From: Candidatus Krumholzibacteriia bacterium
GTDB lineage: Bacteria; Krumholzibacteriota; Krumholzibacteriia; WVZY01
Assembly (NCBI GenBank): GCA_046754105.1
Contig: JBHHVD010000091.1
Span: 1-12,396, forward strand
Reading direction: 5' to 3'
Length of the DNA: 12,396 nucleotides
Both the position numbers and the translations under genes were made by a program. This document shows, piece by piece, positions 1 to 7,530 of the stretch (the stretch's first letter is position 1; every line of letters starts with the position of its first letter). The notes under the pieces are model-generated. The model was not told the origin of the DNA, did not search any database, and worked only from the letters and a program-made list of their open reading frames with translations.

Positions 1-71
1 TCTAACCGCTCGCCCGTTAGAATGCGCCGGGCCAGCGACTAGATAATATCAACCACCGAGCGCATCTCCCC

Positions 72-1649
72 CTAAACGGCGGGGGAGCCCCCGTCGGAGA
101 GCCGCACGAAATTGAACATGGATTCCTGCGTCGTTGGCTGGGACTCCTCGTCGCGGGCGAGCGCCGGCAGGATGAGCGAGGTCGCGCCGCGGCCGTGAAT
201 GTGCCCTTCGTTGAGCTTCGTGGACACGTAAACCGTCGTGGAAACGTTACGGAGCGCCTTGCCCGCCCACGTGCGGTCCGGGTTGCTCGCAAACAGATTG
301 CCCCCGAGCAGGAACGCCGCGCGGATGCGGCCGGCGGCCGCCGCCTGCATACACCCGTACGTGTCGAGACCGGGCTCTTCCCCCGGACGTATTCCGTACA
401 CCGCCTTCATGCGTACGGCAAATCCCATCTTGTGGGAGGGCGACACCCCAACCGAGCCTACGCCCTGCACGTTCGAGTGCCCTCGGATCGGCAGCAGGCC
501 GCACCCGGGAAGCCCCAGCCAGCCGCGGGCCATGGCCAGGTTGGCAAGGGCGAGCACGTTGTCGACACCGTGCGTGTGGTGGGTCAGGCCCATCGCCCAG
601 CAGAAGACGCCACGGCGCGCGCCGAGGAGCATACCGGCGGCGCGCGCAATCTCGTCCCTCGATACCCCGGACGCGCCGACCAGGTGGTCCCAGGACGCCG
701 CCTCGACGTCCGTGTGGACCGCCTTCCAGCCAGACGTGTAATTATCAATATATTCCTGGTTTATACCCCCCTCCTCGAGTACGCCTTTAAGCAAAGATTT
801 GAACAGGGCTACGTCCCCGCCCACGTGCGGCTGCAGGTAGAGGTCCGAGACGTTCGACCCGAACAACAAGCTGCGAAAGTCCGACGGCACGCTGAAGCGC
901 ACCAGGCCGAGCTCCCGCAGGGGGTTGACGACGATTACCCGCCCACCCCGGCGACGAAGCTTGATCAGTTGCGTAACCAGTCGGGGATGATTGCTCGCCG
1001 GGTTGGCCCCGGCGACCACGGCGAGGTCCGCCCGCCCAAGGTCGTCGAGTGTCACCGATGCGGTACCCGACCCATAGACCCGCGAGAGCGCCACCCCCGA
1101 GGCCGTGTGGCAGTAACTGGAACAGTTGTTGATGTTCTGCGTGCCGTAGGCGCGCGCGACGACCTGCATGAGAAACGCCGCTTCGTTACTCGCACGTCCC
1201 GAGGAATAAAAGAAGGTCTCCTCCGGCTTCGCCTCGCGGAACGCAGCCGCCGCCCGCGACAGTGCCTCGTCCCAGCTAATCCGGACGAGGTGCGTGTCGT
1301 TTTTCTCGACTACCATCGGAAAGGTGATTCGCCCCAGACGTTCGAGCTGCGCCGAGGTCAGGGTGCGGAGTCGCGCCACGGGGTGCTCGCGAAGCAGCGG
1401 CCCGGTGATCGAACCGGCCATGTCCGCGGCCTGCGCCTGGAGGGATTTCTTGCACACTTCGGGAAAGTGACCCGCTTCGTTGACCATCCCGCCGCGCTGT
1501 CCGCCCATACCGAGCGCGCAGGTCTTGCAGGCGTTGCGAGTCCGCATACGGCGGTAGAAACGAAGCAGCCCCCCCGCCTCTCGTCCCATGCGGATCGCGT
1601 ACGCAATGGCGGCCAGGCCGCCTCCGGCGGAAACGCGCGGTTTGGCCAT
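72..1649 (-). CDS. FdhF/YdeP-family (formate dehydrogenase-like) molybdopterin oxidoreductase; ORF stops early at TAG but the frame appears to continue off the window's left end
   Basis: Family motifs: N-terminal CKTCALGMGG...EVCKK, FFYSSGRASNEAAFL, NINNCSSYCH (putative Mo-ligand Cys-His), GANPASNHPRL, WAMGLTHH, PIRGHSNVQG, LILPALARDE, QESMFNFVRLS. 525 aa is short for the family and the C-terminal molybdopterin-dinucleotide-binding domain is absent. The frame continues *GEMRSVVDII*SLARRIL. Confidence 0.88.
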   Translation of the reverse strand: MAKPRVSAGGGLAAIAYAIRMGREAGGLLRFYRRMRTRNACKTCALGMGGQRGGMVNEAGHFPEVCKKSLQAQAADMAGSITGPLLREHPVARLRTLTSAQLERLGRITFPMVVEKNDTHLVRISWDEALSRAAAAFREAKPEETFFYSSGRASNEAAFLMQVVARAYGTQNINNCSSYCHTASGVALSRVYGSGTASVTLDDLGRADLAVVAGANPASNHPRLVTQLIKLRRRGGRVIVVNPLRELGLVRFSVPSDFRSLLFGSNVSDLYLQPHVGGDVALFKSLLKGVLEEGGINQEYIDNYTSGWKAVHTDVEAASWDHLVGASGVSRDEIARAAGMLLGARRGVFCWAMGLTHHTHGVDNVLALANLAMARGWLGLPGCGLLPIRGHSNVQGVGSVGVSPSHKMGFAVRMKAVYGIRPGEEPGLDTYGCMQAAAAGRIRAAFLLGGNLFASNPDRTWAGKALRNVSTTVYVSTKLNEGHIHGRGATSLILPALARDEESQPTTQESMFNFVRLSDGGSPAV

Positions 1650-1656
1650 ACGGCAG

Positions 1657-1685
1657 AGGCTAGCCTAATCCGGTGACGGGGTCAA
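1657..1685 (-). promoter_or_regulatory. sigma70-type promoter, probably giving a leaderless transcript of the FdhF/YdeP gene
   Basis: Minus strand TTGACC (1685-1680) - 17 nt - TAGCCT (1662-1657) - 7 nt - ATG (1649). No Shine-Dalgarno before the ATG. A perfect palindrome AGGCTAGCCT (1657-1666) overlaps the -10. Confidence 0.6.
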
Positions 1686-1713
1686 TGTATGGAAGGGAAA
1701 ATCGGGCGCCCGC

Positions 1714-2316
1714 TCAGCGATCCACCGCCTTGCGGATCGCCTTCAGCTCACCCAGCATGGCGGCGAGCGTTTTCGCCGCGTCGGTCGCCGAGGCGTCTTC
1801 CACGTCGGCGGCCGTCGGAGACATTCCGCCCCGGAACCGGCGCAGCTCGGTCGCGACCATTTCATAAACCGGGTCGAAGTTGGGCAGGCCCACGAGACGT
1901 TCCTCGGCACCCTTGGCACCGCTCATGCCGGCGGTCTGGATGTTGAGCGTCCCGAGCCCGAAGAACCAGCGGTCGAAGATGTCGCGCTTGATCGCGATGT
2001 TGGTCACGGTGCGGAACGGCACATGCTTGACCGACTTGACCCAGATACCGACGTGGACCACCACCTCGTCGTCCCTCACCTCGTAATGCAAGCTTCTGTA
2101 GTACGGACCGACCAGAACCATCGCGATCAGCCAGTAGACGAACGCCACACCGAGTCCCCACACGGTGAAGACATCGGCGACGCGCGCACCCTCGTCGTGC
2201 CGGATCGGCCACGACATCAAGAGGACGAATGTGCCGATCGCCACCGCCACCAGCGTAATATTCAACATCAACTTGCTCAGATAGCGCGGGTTCGGTTCGA
2301 AGCTCCTTGTATTCAT
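1714..2316 (-). CDS. Membrane protein with bacterial PH domain (bPH_2 / YdbS-like), 200 aa
   Basis: Two N-terminal hydrophobic helices followed by the bPH-type pattern YEVRDDEVVVHVGIWVKSVKHVPFRTVTNIAIKRDIFDRWFFGLGTLNIQTAG. Strong SD (AGGAGAGGAG) upstream of ATG 2316. Confidence 0.85.
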   Translation of the reverse strand: MNTRSFEPNPRYLSKLMLNITLVAVAIGTFVLLMSWPIRHDEGARVADVFTVWGLGVAFVYWLIAMVLVGPYYRSLHYEVRDDEVVVHVGIWVKSVKHVPFRTVTNIAIKRDIFDRWFFGLGTLNIQTAGMSGAKGAEERLVGLPNFDPVYEMVATELRRFRGGMSPTAADVEDASATDAAKTLAAMLGELKAIRKAVDR

Positions 2317-2379
2317 GCGTGTCTCCTCTCCTTCTACAAGACCGCGCTCACGATAGCTACACCGGTGTGCCTTCGATAT

Positions 2380-3000
2380 TCAAGCGGCGATGACGGTCGC
2401 AACCAGAAAAATGCTCGCGTTCGCCGCAGCGTGCGAAATCACGGCGACACCGAGACCGCCGGTCCAGCGCGCGATGATGCGCCATCCCCAGGCCGCCAGC
2501 GCCAGAACGGCGAAGCCCGGCAGAATCCACGGCGGTTTGAGAAAGAGGATCAGCACCGGGACGTGATAGCCGGCGAACAGCGCATCGATCCAGTGCGGGC
2601 CTCGCTGCGCCCGCGCCAGGTAACAGCGCCAGGTGAGTTCTTCCAGCAGCGGATGCACGCCGACAAAGTACGCGCCGAATACCCACCACGACGTCCCCCC
2701 CAACCCGAGACGCGCGAGCACCTCCGCCAACCCCGCCGTCTCCAGCCCCGCGTACGGCCACAGTACGTACACCAGCCCCCCGCCCATGGCCGCCGCCGCA
2801 CTCGCCGGCGCCGCGGCCCGCGCCGACCAGCCCGAGAGTATCGCCCGCCCCAAGCGCTCCGGTCGGCCCAGCGCGAGCACCCCCACCGCGGCCACGTGGT
2901 ATATGACAATGGCCGCCCACGCGCTTCGGAGAACGTGGAGACCTGCGAAAACGGCCACGTACGGAGTGGCCGCTGCGGCAAGTTGCAGTCGGCTTTTCAC
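2380..3000 (-). CDS. CPBP family intramembrane glutamic endopeptidase (CAAX protease / Abi-like), 206 aa
   Basis: Multi-helix hydrophobic protein with CPBP motifs EExxWR (LLEELTWR), FxxxH (LFAGYH) and HxxxN (SHAAAN). The GTG start overlaps the TGA stop of the upstream gene (GTGA at 3000-2997). Confidence 0.82.
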   Translation of the reverse strand: MKSRLQLAAAATPYVAVFAGLHVLRSAWAAIVIYHVAAVGVLALGRPERLGRAILSGWSARAAAPASAAAAMGGGLVYVLWPYAGLETAGLAEVLARLGLGGTSWWVFGAYFVGVHPLLEELTWRCYLARAQRGPHWIDALFAGYHVPVLILFLKPPWILPGFAVLALAAWGWRIIARWTGGLGVAVISHAAANASIFLVATVIAA

Positions 3001-4265
3001 GCGGGTAGCTTGCCCATCGTCTCGAGACCGAAATCGGCTTCGAACGCCTCGTTGCTCTCATAGGCGCGGCCAAAGGCCTTTTCCCAAATGTGTGCCTTTT
3101 CCATGCACAGGTATATGAAGACCCGCCTTTGCCACGGCGAAAACGCCTCGTACATGGACCGGAACAGATCGATCTTGACGTCGTCGCTGTAAGTCATCTT
3201 GCCGTGCGGATCGGGGACGAACCTTGCCTGCAACATCCGCGTCGGGTTGCCGAGCTGCCGGATCTTGCGAATGACGGGTTTGATCAGCGTGACCGAACCG
3301 AAGGAGATGAACGCGACCTCCTCGGGTGAGAAGCGCTCCATCAGCATGCCGGCCACTTCGGGGTAATCGCGGTCCCAGCCCTCGTAGTGCACCATCGGAT
3401 GAAAATGGAACGCCACCCGCACGCCCCGGTCCGCCACCGCCCGTGCCGCCTGCAGCCGCCCCTCGAGGCCCGCCGTGAAGTGCTCTTCGTTGGCGATGAC
3501 AGCCGGCGTGTTCAAAGACCAACTGCACACGACATTCCGCGGCGCTCGGTGATCGAGAAAGTAGCGTACGTTGTCTGATTTCGTCTTGAGCTCCAGGAGA
3601 ATACCGGGATGTCCCGCCGCGAATTCGCACAACGCATCGAGGATTCCCGCTCGATTGCCCCACGCGAGAGCGTCCGAGGCCTGCCCGGTACCGATGTGAT
3701 AGAAACGGCCGCTCTCGAGACGGATGGCGGCCAGTTTGCCGGCGAGGTCCCGGTCGAAAACGATGTCGTCGCGGTAAAACGTCTGCACGCTGCAGTAGCT
3801 GCACCCGAATACGCAGTTTTCCACGGCGTCGATCGTGCGCAGGTTACAACACACCGTCTTCTCGGAAGCCACCGGGCACATCCCGAACGGTGTCTTGTCG
3901 GAATTCTCGGTGACGGTGCGTTTGCGTTCTCTCTCCACCGGCGCCTTTGGGCTCGCGGTGCCGTAGTCGACGGGGCCGTTTCTCAACCGATCGAGGTGCG
4001 CCCACAGCTCCGCGAGGAGCCGCTCCTTATCTCCAATGCCGCTCTTCCCGCCCCGCGGCCGCCGGGCGCCGTACCATCCCCTCAGGTCCCCCACCCCCCA
4101 CATGGACAGGTCGCGGGCCGCCTCGGCGACCTGCCGGAACTCCGGAAAGGTCAGCCGATGGGTGAACGCCAGGTTGCGCAGGCACTCGCGGTCCTCACCG
4201 CTCAGCCGCTCGTAGAGGGTGCGGCCCCGGAACGAATCGAATTTTGCCGCATAGTTGATGGCCAT
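2997..4265 (-). CDS. Spore photoproduct lyase (SplB)-like radical SAM protein with N-terminal extension, ~422 aa
   Basis: CxxxCxxC motif CVFGCSYC plus SPL-family features LELKTKSDN, SWSLN, ANEEH..A.LE.RL.AA and HFHPM. Start placed at ATG 4265 (MAINYAAKF) because the ORF-track extension to 4448 overlaps the opposite-strand molybdoprotein homology and a promoter lies just upstream of 4265. Confidence 0.85.
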   Translation of the reverse strand: MAINYAAKFDSFRGRTLYERLSGEDRECLRNLAFTHRLTFPEFRQVAEAARDLSMWGVGDLRGWYGARRPRGGKSGIGDKERLLAELWAHLDRLRNGPVDYGTASPKAPVERERKRTVTENSDKTPFGMCPVASEKTVCCNLRTIDAVENCVFGCSYCSVQTFYRDDIVFDRDLAGKLAAIRLESGRFYHIGTGQASDALAWGNRAGILDALCEFAAGHPGILLELKTKSDNVRYFLDHRAPRNVVCSWSLNTPAVIANEEHFTAGLEGRLQAARAVADRGVRVAFHFHPMVHYEGWDRDYPEVAGMLMERFSPEEVAFISFGSVTLIKPVIRKIRQLGNPTRMLQARFVPDPHGKMTYSDDVKIDLFRSMYEAFSPWQRRVFIYLCMEKAHIWEKAFGRAYESNEAFEADFGLETMGKLPA

Positions 4266-4271
4266 CGCCGT

Positions 4272-4300
4272 ATTGTGCCATTTTTTGCCGCGCCTGGCCA
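4272..4300 (-). promoter_or_regulatory. Extended -10 sigma70-type promoter, probably leaderless, for the radical SAM / CPBP operon
   Basis: Minus strand TGGCCA (4300-4295) - 17 nt containing an A6 tract and ending in TGg - CACAAT (4277-4272) - 6 nt - ATG (4265). No SD present. Confidence 0.5.
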
Positions 4301-4322
4301 CCGGCTTCGCGCGCCGAATGCC

Positions 4323-5480
4323 GTGAATTGTGTTGCGGACGTGCGGAGTGACCGTTGCGAGATCTGGGCCCCGACGCAGGTACCCGGGTCCGCCCAGCGG
4401 CTCGCGGCCGAGATCACGGGCCTCTCCCCGGCGGCCATCACCGTCCACATGATACGCGCGGGCGGCGGCTTCGGCAGACGCCTGATGGCCGACTACGCCG
4501 CCGAGGCGGTGTTGCTATCGAAGGCGGTCTCCGCGCCGGCGCAGGTCGTGTGGTCGCGCGAGGATGATATGCGCCACGACTACTACCGGCCGGCGGGACT
4601 CCACAGGCTGCGAGCGGGCATCGACGCCGAGGGCAACCTGGTCGCGTGGCACGTGCACACGGCGACTACGTCGCGCTACCAGTTTCGTATGGACTCGGAG
4701 CCAGCGGAAACCACCGAGGTGTTCCCCGACGCCATCCCCGCCGGCCTGGTCCCCAATTTTCGCCTCGCCTACTCACCCGCCGACACCGGCGTGCCGACGG
4801 GGGCCTGGCGCGGGCCGGGCAAGAACTCGAACACGTTCGTCGACCAGTGCTTCCTGGACGAGGTCGCCCACGCGGCGGGCGCCGACCCGGTCGCCTTCCG
4901 CAGGCGGCTCCTCGGTGAGGCGCGTGATATGCCGTACCGGGACCACGGCGGACCGACGTACAACACGGGCCGGCTTAAGACAGTGCTGGAAGTCGCGGCT
5001 ACAAAGTCCAACTGGGGAGGACGATTACCAGGTAGCCAGGGGCGCGGGGTGGCCGCCCATTTCATGTTCGGCGCCTACGTGGCCCAGGTGGCGGAGGTAA
5101 CGGTCGACCGACAGAACGGCGAAGTCCGCGTCGACCGCATCGTCGCCGCCGTCGACTGCGGTATTGTGATCAACCCGACCGGAGCCCGGGCCCAGCTCGA
5201 GGGTGGCATCATCCACGGCTTGAGCGCCACTCTGCACGGTGAGATCACCATCGCCGAGGGCGGCGCTGTCCCGGGGAACTTCGATCAGTATCCCCTGCTG
5301 CGCATCGGCGAGACGCCGGACATCGAGGTGCACTTCGTAGCGAGCACCGAACATCCGCAGGGGCTGGGAGAAATGGCCCTGCCGTCGGTGGCGCCCGCGG
5401 TGGGCAACGCGATCTTCGCGGCCACCGGCAAACGCGTCCGGCGCCTGCCCATCCGACCACGAGACCTGGGGGAGGGCTAG
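4323..5480 (+). pseudogene. 5'-truncated xanthine dehydrogenase-family molybdopterin-binding subunit (isoquinoline 1-oxidoreductase beta / IorB-like), C-terminal ~385 aa only
   Basis: Recognisable homology begins at VNCVADVRSDRCEIWAPTQ and includes GGGFGRR, SREDD, GAWRGPG, DEVAHAAGADPVAFR, VDCGIVINP, QLEGGIIHGLS, NFDQYPLLRI, GLGEMALPSVAPAVGNAIFAATGKRVRRLPI. The upstream part of ORF 3609..5480 is the antisense shadow of the radical SAM gene. No SD before GTG 4323 and no 2Fe-2S small-subunit gene adjacent. Confidence 0.75.
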
Positions 5481-5532
5481 CGGGTCCCCTCGGCGCGGGC
5501 GCTCCCCTGCGCTGCCCCGCCACTGACCTCCG

Positions 5533-6279
5533 CTACCGGTACTCGGGATTTGGATGATCGAAACGGCAGCCGGCCTCCCACGAGGAGCGCTGATTGCCGT
5601 GCGCCGGTATGCCTCCCGCGTCCTTGATCATGCGCGAGAGGTGCATCAGGTTCCACGTCATGAACGTCGTATTGCGGTTGGTGAAATCGTTTTCTGGCCC
5701 GCCCGAGCCCGGGTCGAGGTATGACGGGCCCGGACCGGCCTCGCCGATCCAGCCGGCGTCGGCCTGTGGCGGGATGGCGTACCCGAGATGCTGCAGCGAA
5801 TAGAGGATGTTCATGGCACAGTGCTTCGCCCCGTCCTCGTTCCCCGTAATGAGGCAGCCGCCGACGCGCCCGTAGTAGGCGTACTGCCCCTGATCGTTTA
5901 GATCGCCCGAAGAGGCGTAGAGGCGTTCGATCACCTGCGTGCACACCGACGACTTCTCACCCAGCCAGATGGGCGACGTAATGACGAGAACATCGGCTAC
6001 CTTGACCTTGGCGTAAATCTCGGGCCAGCGGTCCTGCGACCAGCCGTGCTCGGTCATGTCTGGGTATACGCCGAACGCCAAATCGAAGTCCACCGGGCGG
6101 AGCACCTCCACCGCGATACCGTTTTTCTCCATGATGGCCCTGGAGATACCGATCAGTCCCTCGGTGTGGGACAGGTCCGGAGTGCGCTTGAGCGTGCAAT
6201 TGAGAAACAGCGCCTTGAGATCGGAAAAATCCCAGGTGCTGGATTCGCACATTTCGAGCTGCTTCCTGGTGAGTGTCAT
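5533..6279 (-). CDS. Flavodoxin family protein (NAD(P)H-dependent FMN reductase / multimeric flavodoxin-like), 248 aa
   Basis: LFLNCTLKRTP..SHTEGL FMN-phosphate loop, ADVLVITSPIWLG, VIERL, YYGRVGGCLITGNEDGAKH. SD GAGGG before ATG 6279 (MTLTRKQL). Confidence 0.88.
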   Translation of the reverse strand: MTLTRKQLEMCESSTWDFSDLKALFLNCTLKRTPDLSHTEGLIGISRAIMEKNGIAVEVLRPVDFDLAFGVYPDMTEHGWSQDRWPEIYAKVKVADVLVITSPIWLGEKSSVCTQVIERLYASSGDLNDQGQYAYYGRVGGCLITGNEDGAKHCAMNILYSLQHLGYAIPPQADAGWIGEAGPGPSYLDPGSGGPENDFTNRNTTFMTWNLMHLSRMIKDAGGIPAHGNQRSSWEAGCRFDHPNPEYR

Positions 6280-6345
6280 TTGCCCTCGCTTTCGAGTTCT
6301 GGCCGCTACTTCCACGACGCCGCACACGCGCCAACCACGGCCGCC

Positions 6346-6374
6346 AGTATACGACGTCTACCGTTTGCGCTCAA
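6346..6374 (-). promoter_or_regulatory. sigma70-type promoter of the flavodoxin gene
   Basis: Minus strand TTGAGC (6374-6369) - 17 nt - TATACT (6351-6346), about 65 nt upstream of the start codon. Confidence 0.65.
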
Positions 6375-6541
6375 CGCGTATGCGTGCGCCGGCGCTTCCC
6401 GTGCTTTTTTTCTCTTGCGCGCGCCCAACTGCGTAACTCAATATCCATAATTGCCTTGAAAGCGGTCCCGCGGTGTCGCTCCAGGAGAAAAGGAGCGCGG
6501 GCCCGTTCGAAGCGTCCCGACACCGTTCCCCGGAGGCGTCC

Positions 6542-7447
6542 GTGAAAACAAGACTCAAGCGCATCGTTCCAAAGAGGATCCGTAGCGGCGTGCGGAGAAT
6601 GAAACGACGCTGGGAGCTCCGGCGCATCAAGAAACAGAGCCAGCCCGTTACCCGCTCCCAACTGGTGTCCGATTTCTCCCGGCTCGGCTTGCAAGAGGGC
6701 GATCTGCTCTACATCCACAGCTCCCTGCGCGCGCTCGGTTACGTGGCCGGCGGCGCGGGCACCGTGATCGACGCACTGCTCGAGGCGGTCGGCCCAGGTG
6801 GAACGCTGGTCCTTCCCACGTTCACTCTGGTGCGCGGTATGAAGGAGACGCTCGACGGGGGCACGCACGTCTTCGATCCCGCGACGTCACCGTCGACGGT
6901 CGGCAAGCTGACCAACTGTTTTCTCGCGCGCCCCGGCGTGCTGCGAAGCGAGCACCCGACTCATTCCGTCGCCGCGCTGGGTCCCCTGGCCGGGGAGGTG
7001 ACTGCCACCCACCTGGAGGAGGGCATGAACTTCGGCCAGGGCACGCCTTTCGAGAAGATCCTCGAGGGTGACGGCAAGGTCGTGGGCCTGGGGGTGGATT
7101 TCAGCCCCATCACGTTTTATCACACGTTCGAAGAGTACCACCCGGAGAGGTATCCCGGCGTGTACCTGCCCGGCGCGTTCACGGCGAAGATCAAGACCGG
7201 GAAAAATGTGCGGGAGGTACGGGTGCTGTGCCACGATCCCGAGTATCACCGGCAACGCATCGACAAGGTGCGCGAGATAGAGCGCTATTTCGCCTCGTAC
7301 TACCACGCACAGGGGGTGGCCCACACGGGCCGCGTTGGCAGCGGCGGCGTGCCGTCGTGGTGGATGCGTGCCCGGGACGTGATGAAGTGCCTCGACGAGC
7401 TCTACGCGAAAGGCGTTACCATCTACAAGACCCCCAACCTCCCGTAG
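6542..7447 (+). CDS. AAC(3)-family (Antibiotic_NAT / YokD-like) N-acetyltransferase, ~301 aa
   Basis: Motifs LGLQEGDLLYIHSSL, AVGPGGTLVLPTF, PSTVGKL, RSEHPTHSVAALG, LGVDF..ITFYHTFEE (TxxHxxE). Start set to GTG 6542, which has SD GGAGG at 6532-6536. Confidence 0.85.
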   Translation: MKTRLKRIVPKRIRSGVRRMKRRWELRRIKKQSQPVTRSQLVSDFSRLGLQEGDLLYIHSSLRALGYVAGGAGTVIDALLEAVGPGGTLVLPTFTLVRGMKETLDGGTHVFDPATSPSTVGKLTNCFLARPGVLRSEHPTHSVAALGPLAGEVTATHLEEGMNFGQGTPFEKILEGDGKVVGLGVDFSPITFYHTFEEYHPERYPGVYLPGAFTAKIKTGKNVREVRVLCHDPEYHRQRIDKVREIERYFASYYHAQGVAHTGRVGSGGVPSWWMRARDVMKCLDELYAKGVTIYKTPNLP

Positions 7448-7530
7448 CCCTTACCATCCACGTTCCCCGTCACCGGGCCCCGAGTACCCCCGGACTCGGC
7501 CTCGACCCCGCCCGCGAATCGCAGGCGCTC

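Noticed and set aside
195..1676. 493-aa plus-strand ORF
   Set aside because: Antisense shadow of the FdhF/YdeP gene; no recognisable motifs, and long shadow ORFs are expected at high GC.
2359..2368. Palindrome ACACCGGTGT upstream of the bPH gene
   Set aside because: Single 10-bp palindrome with no second copy noticed and no well-spaced promoter around it; could be chance.
3609..4322. N-terminal 238 codons of the 623-aa ORF as a novel domain fused to the molybdoprotein
   Set aside because: Almost entirely antisense to the radical SAM gene and its promoter; molybdoprotein homology starts only at ~4323.
6542..7447. Calling the acetyltransferase a true aminoglycoside resistance gene (aac(3))
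   Set aside because: Family motifs alone do not show substrate, and there is no mobile-element or resistance context.
7480..7499. Hairpin CCGAGT-N8-ACTCGG between the convergent acetyltransferase and deacetylase
   Set aside because: Only 6 bp with no U-tract on either strand, so it cannot be called a terminator.
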